This document shows, in pieces, positions 52,035 through 61,560 of a stretch of 64,000 nucleotides of DNA. The DNA is taken from contig CAVXTP010000022.1 of NCBI GenBank assembly GCA_963764715.1, forward strand, positions 656,665 through 720,664, read 5' to 3'. Each line of letters opens with the position of its first letter. Position 1 is the stretch's first letter. A program made the position numbers and the translations under genes. The notes beneath the pieces were generated by a model. That model did not search any database. It was not told the DNA's origin and saw only the letters and a program-made list of their open reading frames with translations. This DNA comes from an uncultured Acidobacteriota bacterium. Lineage in GTDB: Bacteria; Acidobacteriota; Thermoanaerobaculia; UBA5066; Gp7-AA6.

Positions 52035-52801
52035 CGGGCGATCTCTCCGGCCGCGACGATCGTCTCGCCCGACGCGGTCTTCAGCCTGAGGAAGCCGGCC
52101 GGATCGAGGCCGAGGTACTGGCCCGAGAGCTCCTCGCCGTTGCGCCGGATGGTCAGGACGTCGCCGGGCTTGTGGACCGAGGCGCGCTCCCAGGCCTTCA
52201 CTTCCTCGCTCCAGCGGGGCGCGGCGAGCTCCCGGTCGAGGCGATCGAGGAGGGCCTGCAGGAGCGGCGTCAGGGCCAGGCTCCGACCCGTCGCGGCTTC
52301 GAGGGTCGTCGCGTCGGGCACGCCGAGCGCGTCGGCGGCGCCCAGCACGTTGATGCCGATGCCGACCGCGAGGTAGGTGTCCTCGCCCTGCGTCCGCGAC
52401 TCGGCGATGACCCCGGCGAGCTTCGCGCGGCCGACGTAGAGGTCGTTGGGCCACTTGAGCGCCACCGAGGCCCCCGTCTCCGCCTGGAGGACCTCGCGCG
52501 TCCACCGGGCCACGGCGATCGGGACGAGCGACAGCGGCTCGGCCTCCTCGGCCTTCCGCACCACCGTCAGGTAGAGGCCCCGGCCCAGAGGCGCCGCCCA
52601 CGCCCGCCCGTTGCGCCCGTACGCTCCGGTCTGCGCCTCGGCGACGAGCACCGTCGCGCGCAGCCGCTGGTCCTCCGAGAAATAGACCTCGATCAAGTCC
52701 CGGGCGAGCGCGTTCGACGAGGGGATGGCGTGGAAGAAGATGCAGTTTTCGAGGACCTTCCAGTGGTCCGGGTCGACCTGCCCTCCGCCGAACTCGATCA
52801 C
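52028..52801 (-). CDS. birA: Biotin--protein ligase (no N-terminal HTH)
   Basis: AEAQT..GR.GR.W, KWPND, KLAGV and GIGIN. Confidence 0.9.
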   Translation of the reverse strand: MIEFGGGQVDPDHWKVLENCIFFHAIPSSNALARDLIEVYFSEDQRLRATVLVAEAQTGAYGRNGRAWAAPLGRGLYLTVVRKAEEAEPLSLVPIAVARWTREVLQAETGASVALKWPNDLYVGRAKLAGVIAESRTQGEDTYLAVGIGINVLGAADALGVPDATTLEAATGRSLALTPLLQALLDRLDRELAAPRWSEEVKAWERASVHKPGDVLTIRRNGEELSGQYLGLDPAGFLRLKTASGETIVAAGEIARW

Positions 52802-55428
52802 GACCGCACGAGCGCGGCCCGCTTCTCTTCGAGCTCGAAGAGCCGGGCGCGCACTTTCTCGACCACGGGGGCCGGAGCTTTACCGAGGAAGTCCGCGTTC
52901 TCGAGCTTCGAGCGGAGCGCCGCGATCTCCTCGTCCGCGGCGGCGAGCGACTTCTCGATCCGCTGCCCCGCGTCGGCGGCGCCGCCGCGCGGAAGCGCGA
53001 GGCCGAGGGAGAGGCCGGCGACCACGTCGGCGAAGGCGCCCGATGCGGCCTTCTCGAAGCGCAGCCCGGAGAGCCTCGCGAGGTGGGTCAGCACGCCGGA
53101 CAACCCTTCGACGACCGGAACGAGAGCGCGGTCCGGCGAGGCCGGATCGATCGTGAGGTCGACGGGCTCCGTCGGCGAGGCGCCGCGCTCGGTCCGGAAC
53201 GTCCGAACGCGGGTCACGACCGCGCGGAGGGCTTCGACCGCGGCCTCCGAGGCGGCGTCCCGCCATGGCCCGTCGCCCAGCGGATACGCCGAGACGATGA
53301 GCGTCCCGGCCCTGCCCGTCAGCTTCTCCCAGATCTCTTCGGTCAGGAACGGCATGAACGGGTGGAGCAGGGCCACCGAGCCCTCGAGGCACCGGCGCAG
53401 CACGCCGCGCGCGGTCTCCGCCGCCGGAGCGTCGGGGCCCCCGAGCACCGGCTTGACCATCTCGAGGTACCCGTCGCAGAGCTCGTGCCAGAGGAAGGCG
53501 TAGATCGAGCTCGCCGCCTCGTCGAACCGGAAGGACTCGAGGTGCCGGTTCACGTCGGCGGCCGTCGCCTCGAAGCGCGACAGGATCCACCGGTCCGGCA
53601 GCGAGAGCTCCCGGCCGGTCAGGTCCGCCGCGGCGGGTCGGCCCTCGATCTGGCTGAGCGTGAAGCGCGCCGCGTTCCAGAGCTTGGTCGCGAAGTTGCG
53701 CGAGCCCGCCATCCGGCCGCGCTCCACGGAGACGGTCGGCCCGGAGGACGCCGCCGACGCCAGGGTGAACCTCACCGCATCGGCGCCGAACTCCGCGATC
53801 GCCTCGAGGGGATCGATCACGTTGCCCCTGGTCTTCGACATCTTCTCGCCGCCCACGCGCACGAGCCCGTGGAGGTGGACCGTCGAGAAGGGCGCTTTCC
53901 CGGTGAAGCGCAGACCCGCCATGATCATCCGGGCGACCCAGAAGAACAGAATGTCGTAGCCCGTGACGAGCACGTCGGTCGGATAGAAGGCCGCGAGGTC
54001 GAGCGTCTTCTCGGGCCAGCCGAAGACCGAGAAGGGCCAGAGCTGGGACGAGAACCACGTATCGAGGACGTCGGGGTCCTGCGTGAGCGACCGGTCCCCG
54101 CACGTCGCGCAGGCCGAGGGGTCCTCCTCGGAGACCGTGACGTGGCCGTTCGCGCAGGTGAAGGCCGGGATCCGGTGGCCCCACCAGAGCTGGCGCGAGA
54201 TGCACCAGTCGTGGATCTCGCGCATCCATGCGAAGTAGGTCTTCGTCCAGGATTCCGGCGCGAAGCGCACGGTCCCGTTCTCGACGGCCGCGATGGCCGG
54301 ATCCGCGAGCGGCTGGATCTTCACGAACCACTGGGTCGAGAGGTAGGGCTCGATCACCGTGTCGCAGCGCTGGCAATAGCCGAGGTTGTAGCGGTGGGGC
54401 TCGGTCTTGACGAGGCGGCCCTCCGCCTCCAGGCGCGCGACGATGCGCTTGCGCGCCTCGAACCGGTCGAGGCCCGCGTACTCCCCCGCCTCCGCCGTCA
54501 TCTTCCCGTTCCCGCCGATGACGACGACCGACGGCAGATCGTGGCGCTGGCCCGACTCGAAGTCGTTGGCGTCGTGCGCCGGCGTCACCTTGACGATGCC
54601 CGTCCCGAACGCGCGGTCGACGAGAATCGGGTCCTCGATGATCGGGAGCTCCCGGTTCATGATCGGCAGGACCGCGCGCCGGCCGCGAAGCGCCGCCGTG
54701 CGCTCGTCCTCCGGGTGGATCGCGAGGGCCGTGTCGCCGAGCATCGTTTCGGGCCGCGTAGTCGCGACGACCGCTCCGCCGGGCACGCCGGCGACGGCGT
54801 ACCGCACGTGGTACAGGGTCCCGTTCGTCTCGCGGTGCACGACTTCGAGGTCCGAGACGGCGGTCTCGCAGCGCGGGCACCAGTTCACGACGTAGCGGCC
54901 CCGGTAGATCAGGCCGTCCGCGTACAGGCGTACGAAGGCGTGACGGACCGCCCGGGAAAGGTCGGGATCCATCGTGAAGCGGAGCCGGCTCCAGTCGAGC
55001 GAGCAGCCCAGGCGGCGCAGCTGCGCCAGGATCATGTCGCCGGACTCCCGCCGCCACGCCCAGACGCGCTCGATGAAGCCCTCCCGGCCGAGGTCGGCCC
55101 GACGGACGCCCTCCTTCGCGAGCTCGCGCTCGACGACCATCTGGGTCGCGATCCCGGCGTGGTCGGTGCCGGGCAGCCAGAGCACCCGGTGGCCGCGCAT
55201 CCGCTTCCATCGGGCCAGGATGTCCTCGACCGTCCGACCGTAGGCGTGGCCGATGTGGAGGCGGCCGGTCACGTTGGGCGGAGGAATGACCATCACGAAC
55301 CGCGGTGAGCCTTCCGGCCCCTGCGGCTGGAAACGGCCGTCCTTCTCCCAGCGGGAGTACCAGCGCTCCTCGAAGTGCGCCGGGTCGAAAGTCTTCTCGA
55401 GGCTGTCCACGACCTGCTTTTCGGGCAT
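52798..55428 (-). CDS. valS: Valine--tRNA ligase (alternative start GTG 55410)
   Basis: PPPNVTGRLHIGH, GTDHAGIATQ, WCISRQLWWGH, KMSKT and C-terminal coiled coil. Confidence 0.98.
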   Translation of the reverse strand: MPEKQVVDSLEKTFDPAHFEERWYSRWEKDGRFQPQGPEGSPRFVMVIPPPNVTGRLHIGHAYGRTVEDILARWKRMRGHRVLWLPGTDHAGIATQMVVERELAKEGVRRADLGREGFIERVWAWRRESGDMILAQLRRLGCSLDWSRLRFTMDPDLSRAVRHAFVRLYADGLIYRGRYVVNWCPRCETAVSDLEVVHRETNGTLYHVRYAVAGVPGGAVVATTRPETMLGDTALAIHPEDERTAALRGRRAVLPIMNRELPIIEDPILVDRAFGTGIVKVTPAHDANDFESGQRHDLPSVVVIGGNGKMTAEAGEYAGLDRFEARKRIVARLEAEGRLVKTEPHRYNLGYCQRCDTVIEPYLSTQWFVKIQPLADPAIAAVENGTVRFAPESWTKTYFAWMREIHDWCISRQLWWGHRIPAFTCANGHVTVSEEDPSACATCGDRSLTQDPDVLDTWFSSQLWPFSVFGWPEKTLDLAAFYPTDVLVTGYDILFFWVARMIMAGLRFTGKAPFSTVHLHGLVRVGGEKMSKTRGNVIDPLEAIAEFGADAVRFTLASAASSGPTVSVERGRMAGSRNFATKLWNAARFTLSQIEGRPAAADLTGRELSLPDRWILSRFEATAADVNRHLESFRFDEAASSIYAFLWHELCDGYLEMVKPVLGGPDAPAAETARGVLRRCLEGSVALLHPFMPFLTEEIWEKLTGRAGTLIVSAYPLGDGPWRDAASEAAVEALRAVVTRVRTFRTERGASPTEPVDLTIDPASPDRALVPVVEGLSGVLTHLARLSGLRFEKAASGAFADVVAGLSLGLALPRGGAADAGQRIEKSLAAADEEIAALRSKLENADFLGKAPAPVVEKVRARLFELEEKRAALVRS

Positions 55429-55429
55429 C

Positions 55430-55454
55430 AAAAAAGGGCTCTTGGGAGCCCTTT
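55430..55454 (-). terminator. Intrinsic-terminator-like hairpin with U-tract immediately upstream of valS
   Basis: AAAGGGCTC-CCAA-GAGCCCTTT-TTT on the minus strand. Confidence 0.7.
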
Positions 55455-55479
55455 CATATATCAGAACTCCCCCGGAACC

Positions 55480-56880
55480 CTACTCGACGCCCGCCTCCAA
55501 CTCCTTGATCCGCTGCTTGATGACGATCTCGGCCATGTCCGGGATCACTTCCCAGGCGATCTCGCGGACGATCTTCTCCGACAGCCGCTCGACGACCCGC
55601 GAGGCGAGCCGGTCGATCTCGTCTTCCGTCAGGCCGCCGCCCTCCGGCCGCGAGACCGACGAGAACATTTCCTTGAGCTGGCCGATCGAGGTGGTCGAGG
55701 CCAGCTCCTCGATGTCGGGCGGAACCGCCGTCGGCTCTTCGGCAGGGGCGGGCGCGGCGAGCGGTCCGGCGGCTGGCGGCGCGGCGGCGCCGGACGCCAG
55801 GGTCGGGATCTCGGCGGTGTGCTCTTCGGCCAACGGGCCGGTTTCGTCGTCGGCCTCGATCGGAGGAACCGGTGCCGGCTCCGCGGCCCGGAAGGACACG
55901 TAGTCGGCCGACAACCGGATGGCCTGCGTCGGCCCCTCGTCGGCGCGCGGGGGCTCCGGCGCGGGCTCGGACTTCCGGTGAGACGCCGAATCGTCGGCCG
56001 CGAACGGGATCGGGGCGAGCTCGGGCTCGGGCTGCCGCGGAACCCAGAACGGCGCGGGCGCGGGCGGCGGAGGGGCTGCGGCCGCCGAGGACGCCGCCGG
56101 CTCTTCCGCCTCGGCGGTGTCGTGCAGCCAGCCGCGGTCGTCCGCCGGCGCTGCGTCGGCATCCCGGGGCTCGCGCGCCTGTTGGTCGCCGTCCGACCCG
56201 CCCGGAACCATCGCGGCGGTCGCGGCGTTTTCCTCGACGAACGAGAACTCCGGGTGGGCCTTTTCGAAGGCGGCGATCGCGGACTCGACGTCGGCCTGAC
56301 CGTACTCTTCTTCGAAGAGATCCGGCCCGCCGCGGATGTTGGCCGGCTGCGGGATGGATCCCGTGAAATCCTCGGACGAGAAGCCGGCGCCGGCGGTCGC
56401 CCGTTCGTTCGGCGGCTCCGCGGCGGGCGGCGGGGGCGCGGACGGAGGCGCAGGCGGCGCGGGAGACATGATCGGAATCGCCATCGTCGAGGCCGACGGG
56501 ACGTCGCGCGGCTCCCGGGTGAGAAGGGCCTCGACCTGGCGGAGCAGCTGCTGCGAATCGAAGGGCTTGGAAACGATCGCGTCGCACCCGAGCCGCTCCG
56601 CGCGGTCCCGGTCGAACGGCTCGAAGGTTCCCGAGAGCAGGATGACCGGGATCCGGGCCGTCTCCGGGCTCGACTTGATGGCCTCGCAGACCTCGTAGCC
56701 GTTCTTCTCCGGCATGACGACGTCGGCCAGAATCAGGTCGGGCGCCTGCTCGCGGACCCGGTCGAGCGCTCTCTGCCCATTGGGAACGCAGATCAGCTCG
56801 TACTCGCTGTCGGAGAACGTCAGCTCCACGACCTTCTGGATCGTGAGGCTGTCGTCGGCCAGGAGAATGCGTTTTGCCAC
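55480..56880 (-). CDS. RomR-like response regulator: receiver, long acidic Pro/Ala disordered linker and C-terminal helical module
   Basis: LLADDS, LADVVMP, KPF; C-terminal IVREIAWEVIPDMAE.VIK..I. Confidence 0.85.
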   Translation of the reverse strand: MAKRILLADDSLTIQKVVELTFSDSEYELICVPNGQRALDRVREQAPDLILADVVMPEKNGYEVCEAIKSSPETARIPVILLSGTFEPFDRDRAERLGCDAIVSKPFDSQQLLRQVEALLTREPRDVPSASTMAIPIMSPAPPAPPSAPPPPAAEPPNERATAGAGFSSEDFTGSIPQPANIRGGPDLFEEEYGQADVESAIAAFEKAHPEFSFVEENAATAAMVPGGSDGDQQAREPRDADAAPADDRGWLHDTAEAEEPAASSAAAAPPPPAPAPFWVPRQPEPELAPIPFAADDSASHRKSEPAPEPPRADEGPTQAIRLSADYVSFRAAEPAPVPPIEADDETGPLAEEHTAEIPTLASGAAAPPAAGPLAAPAPAEEPTAVPPDIEELASTTSIGQLKEMFSSVSRPEGGGLTEDEIDRLASRVVERLSEKIVREIAWEVIPDMAEIVIKQRIKELEAGVE

Positions 56881-56904
56881 GCGCTTAACCTTCAGTAAAT
56901 GAGA

Positions 56905-56933
56905 AGGTTACACAGGTCGTGCCGGCCTGTCAA
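56905..56933 (-). promoter_or_regulatory. Sigma70 promoter TTGACA-N17-TAACCT of the RomR-like gene
   Basis: Consensus -35, 17-nt spacer and TGTG extended -10. Confidence 0.75.
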
Positions 56934-57871
56934 CGGCTTTCTCCCCAGACCGCCGCGAGATAGCGGCCAGGAGGCCGCCGCCCGAGCCGCTCGGCCAGAA
57001 AGCGCGAAGCCTCGACGACTTTGGCGAGTGTGACGCCCGTCTCAATCCCGAGACCCTCCAGCAGGTAGAGGAGGTCCTCGGTGGCGAGATTTCCCGAGGC
57101 CCCCGGCGCGTACGGGCAACCGCCGAGGCCTCCCGCCGACGCGTCGAACGTCGTCACGCTGCACTGGAGCGCCGCGTAGACGTTGGCGAGCGCGGTGCCG
57201 CGGGTGTCGTGGAAGTGCATCGCGAGCACGGCGCGCGTCACGCCGGACTCGTAGAGCGTCTCGATGACGTCGTACACGTCGGCCGGGGTGGCGACGCCGA
57301 TCGTGTCGCCGACGGAGATCTCGTCGACGTCGAGGTCGAGGAGCTTGTGAATGACCTCGCGCACCGCCTCGGGCGCCACGTCGCCCTCGTACGGACAGCC
57401 GAAGGCCGTCGAGACGTAACCGCGCACGCGGATCTTCTCCTCCTTCGCGCGGGCGACGACGGGCCGGAACCTCTCGATCGATTCGTCGACACCGGCGTTG
57501 ATGTTCTTCCGATTGAAGGTCTCGGACGCCGAGGTGAAGACCGCGATCTCGCGCACGCCGACCGAAAGCGCGCGCTCGAGCCCCCGGAGGTTCGGCACGA
57601 GCGCGGGGTACCGGACGCCGCTGACCCGATGGATGCGGCGGTAGAGCTCCTCGGTGTCGGCGAGCTGGGGGATCGCCTTCGGCGAAACGAAGGAACCGGC
57701 CTCGACCGCCGGCAGGCCCGCGTCGGCCAGCCGGTCGACGAACTCCGCGCGGACCGCGACGGGCAGGGTTTCGGCCTCGTTCTGCAGGCCGTCGCGCGGC
57801 CCGACCTCGTACACGGTGACGTGCTCGGGCAGGTGCGGACGCCGGATCGCGTGACCCTCCCAGGACTCCAT
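56930..57871 (-). CDS. Hydroxymethylglutaryl-CoA lyase (LiuE-like)
   Basis: EVGPRDGLQNE, GDTIG, HFHDTRG and GLGGCPYAPGASGN. Confidence 0.95.
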   Translation of the reverse strand: MESWEGHAIRRPHLPEHVTVYEVGPRDGLQNEAETLPVAVRAEFVDRLADAGLPAVEAGSFVSPKAIPQLADTEELYRRIHRVSGVRYPALVPNLRGLERALSVGVREIAVFTSASETFNRKNINAGVDESIERFRPVVARAKEEKIRVRGYVSTAFGCPYEGDVAPEAVREVIHKLLDLDVDEISVGDTIGVATPADVYDVIETLYESGVTRAVLAMHFHDTRGTALANVYAALQCSVTTFDASAGGLGGCPYAPGASGNLATEDLLYLLEGLGIETGVTLAKVVEASRFLAERLGRRPPGRYLAAVWGESR

Positions 57872-57900
57872 GACGCGATTATCCGCCACCCGACCCGCGG

Positions 57901-58374
57901 CTAGGCCAGCTCGACGAGCTCGACGCCCGCCTCGACGAGGTCGCCCTCGGCGACCGCGACTTTCCGGACGATCCCGTCCCGGGGCGCCCGGATCGAATGC
58001 TCCATCTTCATGGCCTCGAGCACGAGCAGGCCCTGGCCGCGCTCGACGGCCTCGCCCTCCGCGACGAGGACGCGGCGCACCCGGCCCGGCATCGGAGAGA
58101 GAAAGCCGCCGTGATGGTGGTCTCCGGCGGCGGCCGCGCGTCCCGGCCTTGCCGCCTCGAACTCGTACGCCCGCCCGTCGCACCACACCCAGATCCGGTC
58201 GCCGGCGCGCACGGCCGCGACCCGGTGCGCCCGCCCATCGACGACGAGCGGGCGGACGGCGCCGGAGCCCGCGAGCGGCTCGACGCGGAGCGAACGGCCG
58301 TCGAGGCCCGCCGAGGAGCCGTCGACGCGGACCTCTTTCGTGACGCCGCGGTGCGAGAGGCGGAGGGGCTTCAC
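57901..58374 (-). CDS. Biotin carboxyl carrier subunit (C-terminal part of an MCC alpha-type chain)
   Basis: SPMPG and EAMKM biotinylation motif. Confidence 0.9.
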   Translation of the reverse strand: MKPLRLSHRGVTKEVRVDGSSAGLDGRSLRVEPLAGSGAVRPLVVDGRAHRVAAVRAGDRIWVWCDGRAYEFEAARPGRAAAAGDHHHGGFLSPMPGRVRRVLVAEGEAVERGQGLLVLEAMKMEHSIRAPRDGIVRKVAVAEGDLVEAGVELVELA

Positions 58375-59858
58375 GGACCGGCCCTCCAAGAGTCGCCCGC
58401 GGCCCACGGGTCGGGCGGTCCGGCGGCCCCCGTCGGCGGCCCGAGGGGGCCGGCCGCCGACGGCGCGAGGACCGCGGCGATCCAGGCGGCGTCCGGCGGC
58501 TCGGCCTCGGCCGCTCCCCCGATGCGCTCGACGAGGTCCGTCGTGTACCGGCCCGTGCGAAACGGCCCCGAGGCGCAGACCGCGTCGAGCAGCGGGAGGT
58601 TGGTTTCGACTCCGAGGATGACCCACTCGGCGAGCGCCCGGCGCGCGCGACCGATCGCCGCGTCGCGGGTCTCGGCCCGGACGACGAGCTTGGCGAGGAG
58701 CGGGTCGTACTCGACGCCCACGACGCTTCCCTCCTCGACCCCGGCGTCGACGCGAATGCCGGGGCCCCCCGGCTCCCGATAGAGGAGGAGCCGGCCCGAC
58801 CGCGGCAGGAAGTCGGTCGGGTCTTCGGCGTAGAGCCGCAGCTCGATCGCGTGGCCGCGCGGAACGAGGGAGCCGTCCGTCCACGCCTCGGGGAGCGGAC
58901 GCCCGTCCGCCACGTCGATCTGCGCCCGCACGAGATCGATTCCGAGCGTCTCCTCCGTGATCGGGTGCTCGACCTGGAGCCGCGTGTTCATCTCGAGGAA
59001 GTAGAACCGGCCGGAGCCGTCGACGAGGAACTCGATCGTACCCGCGCCGACGTAGCCCACGGCCCGCGCCGCGGCGACCGCGGCCTCCCCCATCGCGCGC
59101 CGGAGCTTCGCGTCGAGGGCGAGGCTCGGCGTCTCCTCGACGATTTTCTGGTGCCGGCGCTGCACGCTGCACTCGCGCTCGAAGAGTTGCACGACGTGGC
59201 CCGCGCGGTCGCCGAAGACCTGGAACTCGACGTGGCGGCAGCCCTCGAGCAGGCGCTCGAGGTAGACCGCGTCGTCGCCGAAGGCCGCCTGCGCGACGCG
59301 CCGGCCCTCCGCGAGCCCGGCGGCGAGATCCGCCGGCTTGTCGACGCGCGACATCCCCTTGCCTCCGCCGCCGGCGGACGCCTTGATGAGGACCGGGAAC
59401 CCCAGGCGTTTCGCCTCGGCCGCGAGCGCTGCGTCGCCCGAGAGGCCGCGCGGCGAGCCCGGCACGACCGGCACGCCCGCCTTCTCCATCGCCTCGCGCG
59501 ACCGGAGCTTGTCTCCCATCGTCTCGATCGCCGCGGGCGGCGGACCGACCCAGACGAGGCCGGCGCCCTCGACGGCCTTCGCGAACGCCGCGTTCTCGGA
59601 AAGAAAGCCGTATCCGGGATGAACGGCGTCGGCGCCGGCCGTCCGCGCCGCGTCCAGGACGCGCGGGACCGAGAGGTACGTCTCCCGCGTCGGCCCGGGC
59701 CCGAGAGACACCATCCGGTCCATGGACCGGCGGTGGAAGGCGTCGGGCTCGGACTCGGCATGGACGCCGATCGCCTCGATGCCCATCTCGCGGGCCGTGC
59801 GCGCCACCCGCGCCGCGATCTCACCGCGGTTGGCGATGAGGAGGCGGGAGATCGTCAA
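58371..59858 (-). CDS. Biotin carboxylase subunit (methylcrotonyl-CoA carboxylase alpha-like)
   Basis: LIANRGEIA, HPGYGFLSEN, RECSVQRRHQK and EMNTRLQVEH. Confidence 0.95.
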   Translation of the reverse strand: MTISRLLIANRGEIAARVARTAREMGIEAIGVHAESEPDAFHRRSMDRMVSLGPGPTRETYLSVPRVLDAARTAGADAVHPGYGFLSENAAFAKAVEGAGLVWVGPPPAAIETMGDKLRSREAMEKAGVPVVPGSPRGLSGDAALAAEAKRLGFPVLIKASAGGGGKGMSRVDKPADLAAGLAEGRRVAQAAFGDDAVYLERLLEGCRHVEFQVFGDRAGHVVQLFERECSVQRRHQKIVEETPSLALDAKLRRAMGEAAVAAARAVGYVGAGTIEFLVDGSGRFYFLEMNTRLQVEHPITEETLGIDLVRAQIDVADGRPLPEAWTDGSLVPRGHAIELRLYAEDPTDFLPRSGRLLLYREPGGPGIRVDAGVEEGSVVGVEYDPLLAKLVVRAETRDAAIGRARRALAEWVILGVETNLPLLDAVCASGPFRTGRYTTDLVERIGGAAEAEPPDAAWIAAVLAPSAAGPLGPPTGAAGPPDPWAAGDSWRAGP

Positions 59859-61324
59859 TTCTTCGCCCGCCCCCGGTTCCCGCCTTCCCACTCGCTCCAG
59901 ATCCCGTACACCTTCATCTGGGCGTCGAGCTTCGTCGTCTTCAGGAGCTCGTCGACCTGGGCGCGCGTCTGGCGCGGACCGATCCGGTCCGCCGCGTTGG
60001 CGAGCCCGAGCGTCGCCGCCGCCGCGACGGCCGCGTTGCGCCGCGCGTTCTCGAGGTTGACCTTGTCGAAGGTGTCGGATTCCGCGTGGTAATCCGCGAG
60101 GTAGTCCGTCGTCTCCTGGTTGGCGACGAAGTTGGGCACGCCCTCCAGCAGGAAATCGAAGTTGTCCGTGCCGAGGATCGCTTCGTCGTTGGTCGTGTCG
60201 GAGCCCCAGGCGGCGACCGGCTTCAGGATCGCCTTGAGGCCCGCCGCGAGGCCGGGGCGCCCGTCGGTGAAATAGCCGGTGACCTTCCCGTCGCCGATGT
60301 CGTGGATCAGGACGCCGACGTGCCGGTCGAGCTCGTCCCGGTGCGTCCGGACGTAGCCGAGCGAGCCCAGGAGGCCGCTCTCTTCGCTCGTGAACAGGAC
60401 GAACCGGACCGTGCGCTTCGGCCGGGGCCCGGCGGCGATCGCCCGCGCGACCTCGGTGACGAGCGCGCAGTTGACGCCGTTGTCGAGCGCTCCCGTCCCG
60501 AGGTCCCAGGAGTCCAGGTGCGCGCCGAGCAGGACGATCTCTCCCGGCCTCTCGGCCCCCCGGATCTCGGCGACGACGTTCGACGCCTGCCAGGGCCCGC
60601 CGACCTTGTTCCGCAGGTCGAGCGTGACCTTCACGCTCCGGCCGGCCTGGAGAAGGCGGCCGAGCCGCAGGCCGTCCTCGCGGGCGACCTGGGCCATCGG
60701 GATCGGCGCGAGCGGCCCCCAGGTGATCGTGTGCCGGTAGAGGAGGTCCCGGGGCCGCGTCGACACGAACAGGATCGCCGCCGATCCGTGGGCGACGGCC
60801 GACTGCATCATCTCGGGCCCGGCGAGGTACTCGGCGAAGAGGTCGTCGAAGGACTTCATGGGATTCGAGCGCACGAGCGCGACCGCGCCCTTCGCGGAGG
60901 CGCCGAGCCGGTCGAAGTCGGCCTTCGTTCCGGCGCCCGCGTCGACGAGCGGGACCGTCACGGCGCCGGGGGTCGAGGGCGCGAGCCCGAAGGAGACGAC
61001 CCGCAGCGGGAAGGCCGCCGGCGAGACCACCGAGGCCGAGGCCGAGATGGCCTCCCACTTCACCGGGGCCGGATACGTCTCGAGCTTGACCGAATCGACG
61101 CCGGCCGCCTTGAACGCCGCGATGCCCCACTGGAGGGCCTTGTCGTAGCCGGCGCTTCCGGTGACGCGTCCGCCGATCTCGTCCGTCAGCCGCCGCAGGT
61201 CGGCCTCCATCCTCGACGACGGCCCGGTCACGCGCTCCATCGCCGCGCTCACGGGGTCCTGCGCGAGGACGCGCGCCGCAGCGGCAAAGCCGAGGAGGAG
61301 GGCCAGGCCGAGGGCGCGCCTCAC
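59855..61324 (-). CDS. M28 metallopeptidase with PA domain (carboxypeptidase Q-like), secreted
   Basis: Signal peptide; GAHLDSWD, GALDN, EESGLLGS and YH..SDT.DK. Confidence 0.92.
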   Translation of the reverse strand: MRRALGLALLLGFAAAARVLAQDPVSAAMERVTGPSSRMEADLRRLTDEIGGRVTGSAGYDKALQWGIAAFKAAGVDSVKLETYPAPVKWEAISASASVVSPAAFPLRVVSFGLAPSTPGAVTVPLVDAGAGTKADFDRLGASAKGAVALVRSNPMKSFDDLFAEYLAGPEMMQSAVAHGSAAILFVSTRPRDLLYRHTITWGPLAPIPMAQVAREDGLRLGRLLQAGRSVKVTLDLRNKVGGPWQASNVVAEIRGAERPGEIVLLGAHLDSWDLGTGALDNGVNCALVTEVARAIAAGPRPKRTVRFVLFTSEESGLLGSLGYVRTHRDELDRHVGVLIHDIGDGKVTGYFTDGRPGLAAGLKAILKPVAAWGSDTTNDEAILGTDNFDFLLEGVPNFVANQETTDYLADYHAESDTFDKVNLENARRNAAVAAAATLGLANAADRIGPRQTRAQVDELLKTTKLDAQMKVYGIWSEWEGGNRGRAKN

Positions 61325-61560
61325 GAGGGCTCCGGAGTCGGGGCCGGCGGCTCCGGCGCGGCCGGAGCGGGAGCGGGGGGCGCCGGAGGCGGCGCGGCCG
61401 GCGCCGGAGCCGGAAGGGGCGGCCGAAGCGCGGCCTCGTCCTGGAACGTGTGTCCGCAGAAGTAGCACTTCACCTTCGCTCCGGGCAGCTCGTCCGGCCG
61501 CCACGCGAAGAAGGCCTTGTGGCAGTTGGGGCAGACCAGGCGTCGCTGTTTCCCCTTCAT
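61321..61560 (-). CDS. Small zinc-ribbon protein with Pro/Ala tail (79 aa)
   Basis: CPNC...VKCYFC; overlaps both neighbours by 4 nt. Confidence 0.75.
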   Translation of the reverse strand: MKGKQRRLVCPNCHKAFFAWRPDELPGAKVKCYFCGHTFQDEAALRPPLPAPAPAAPPPAPPAPAPAAPEPPAPTPEPS

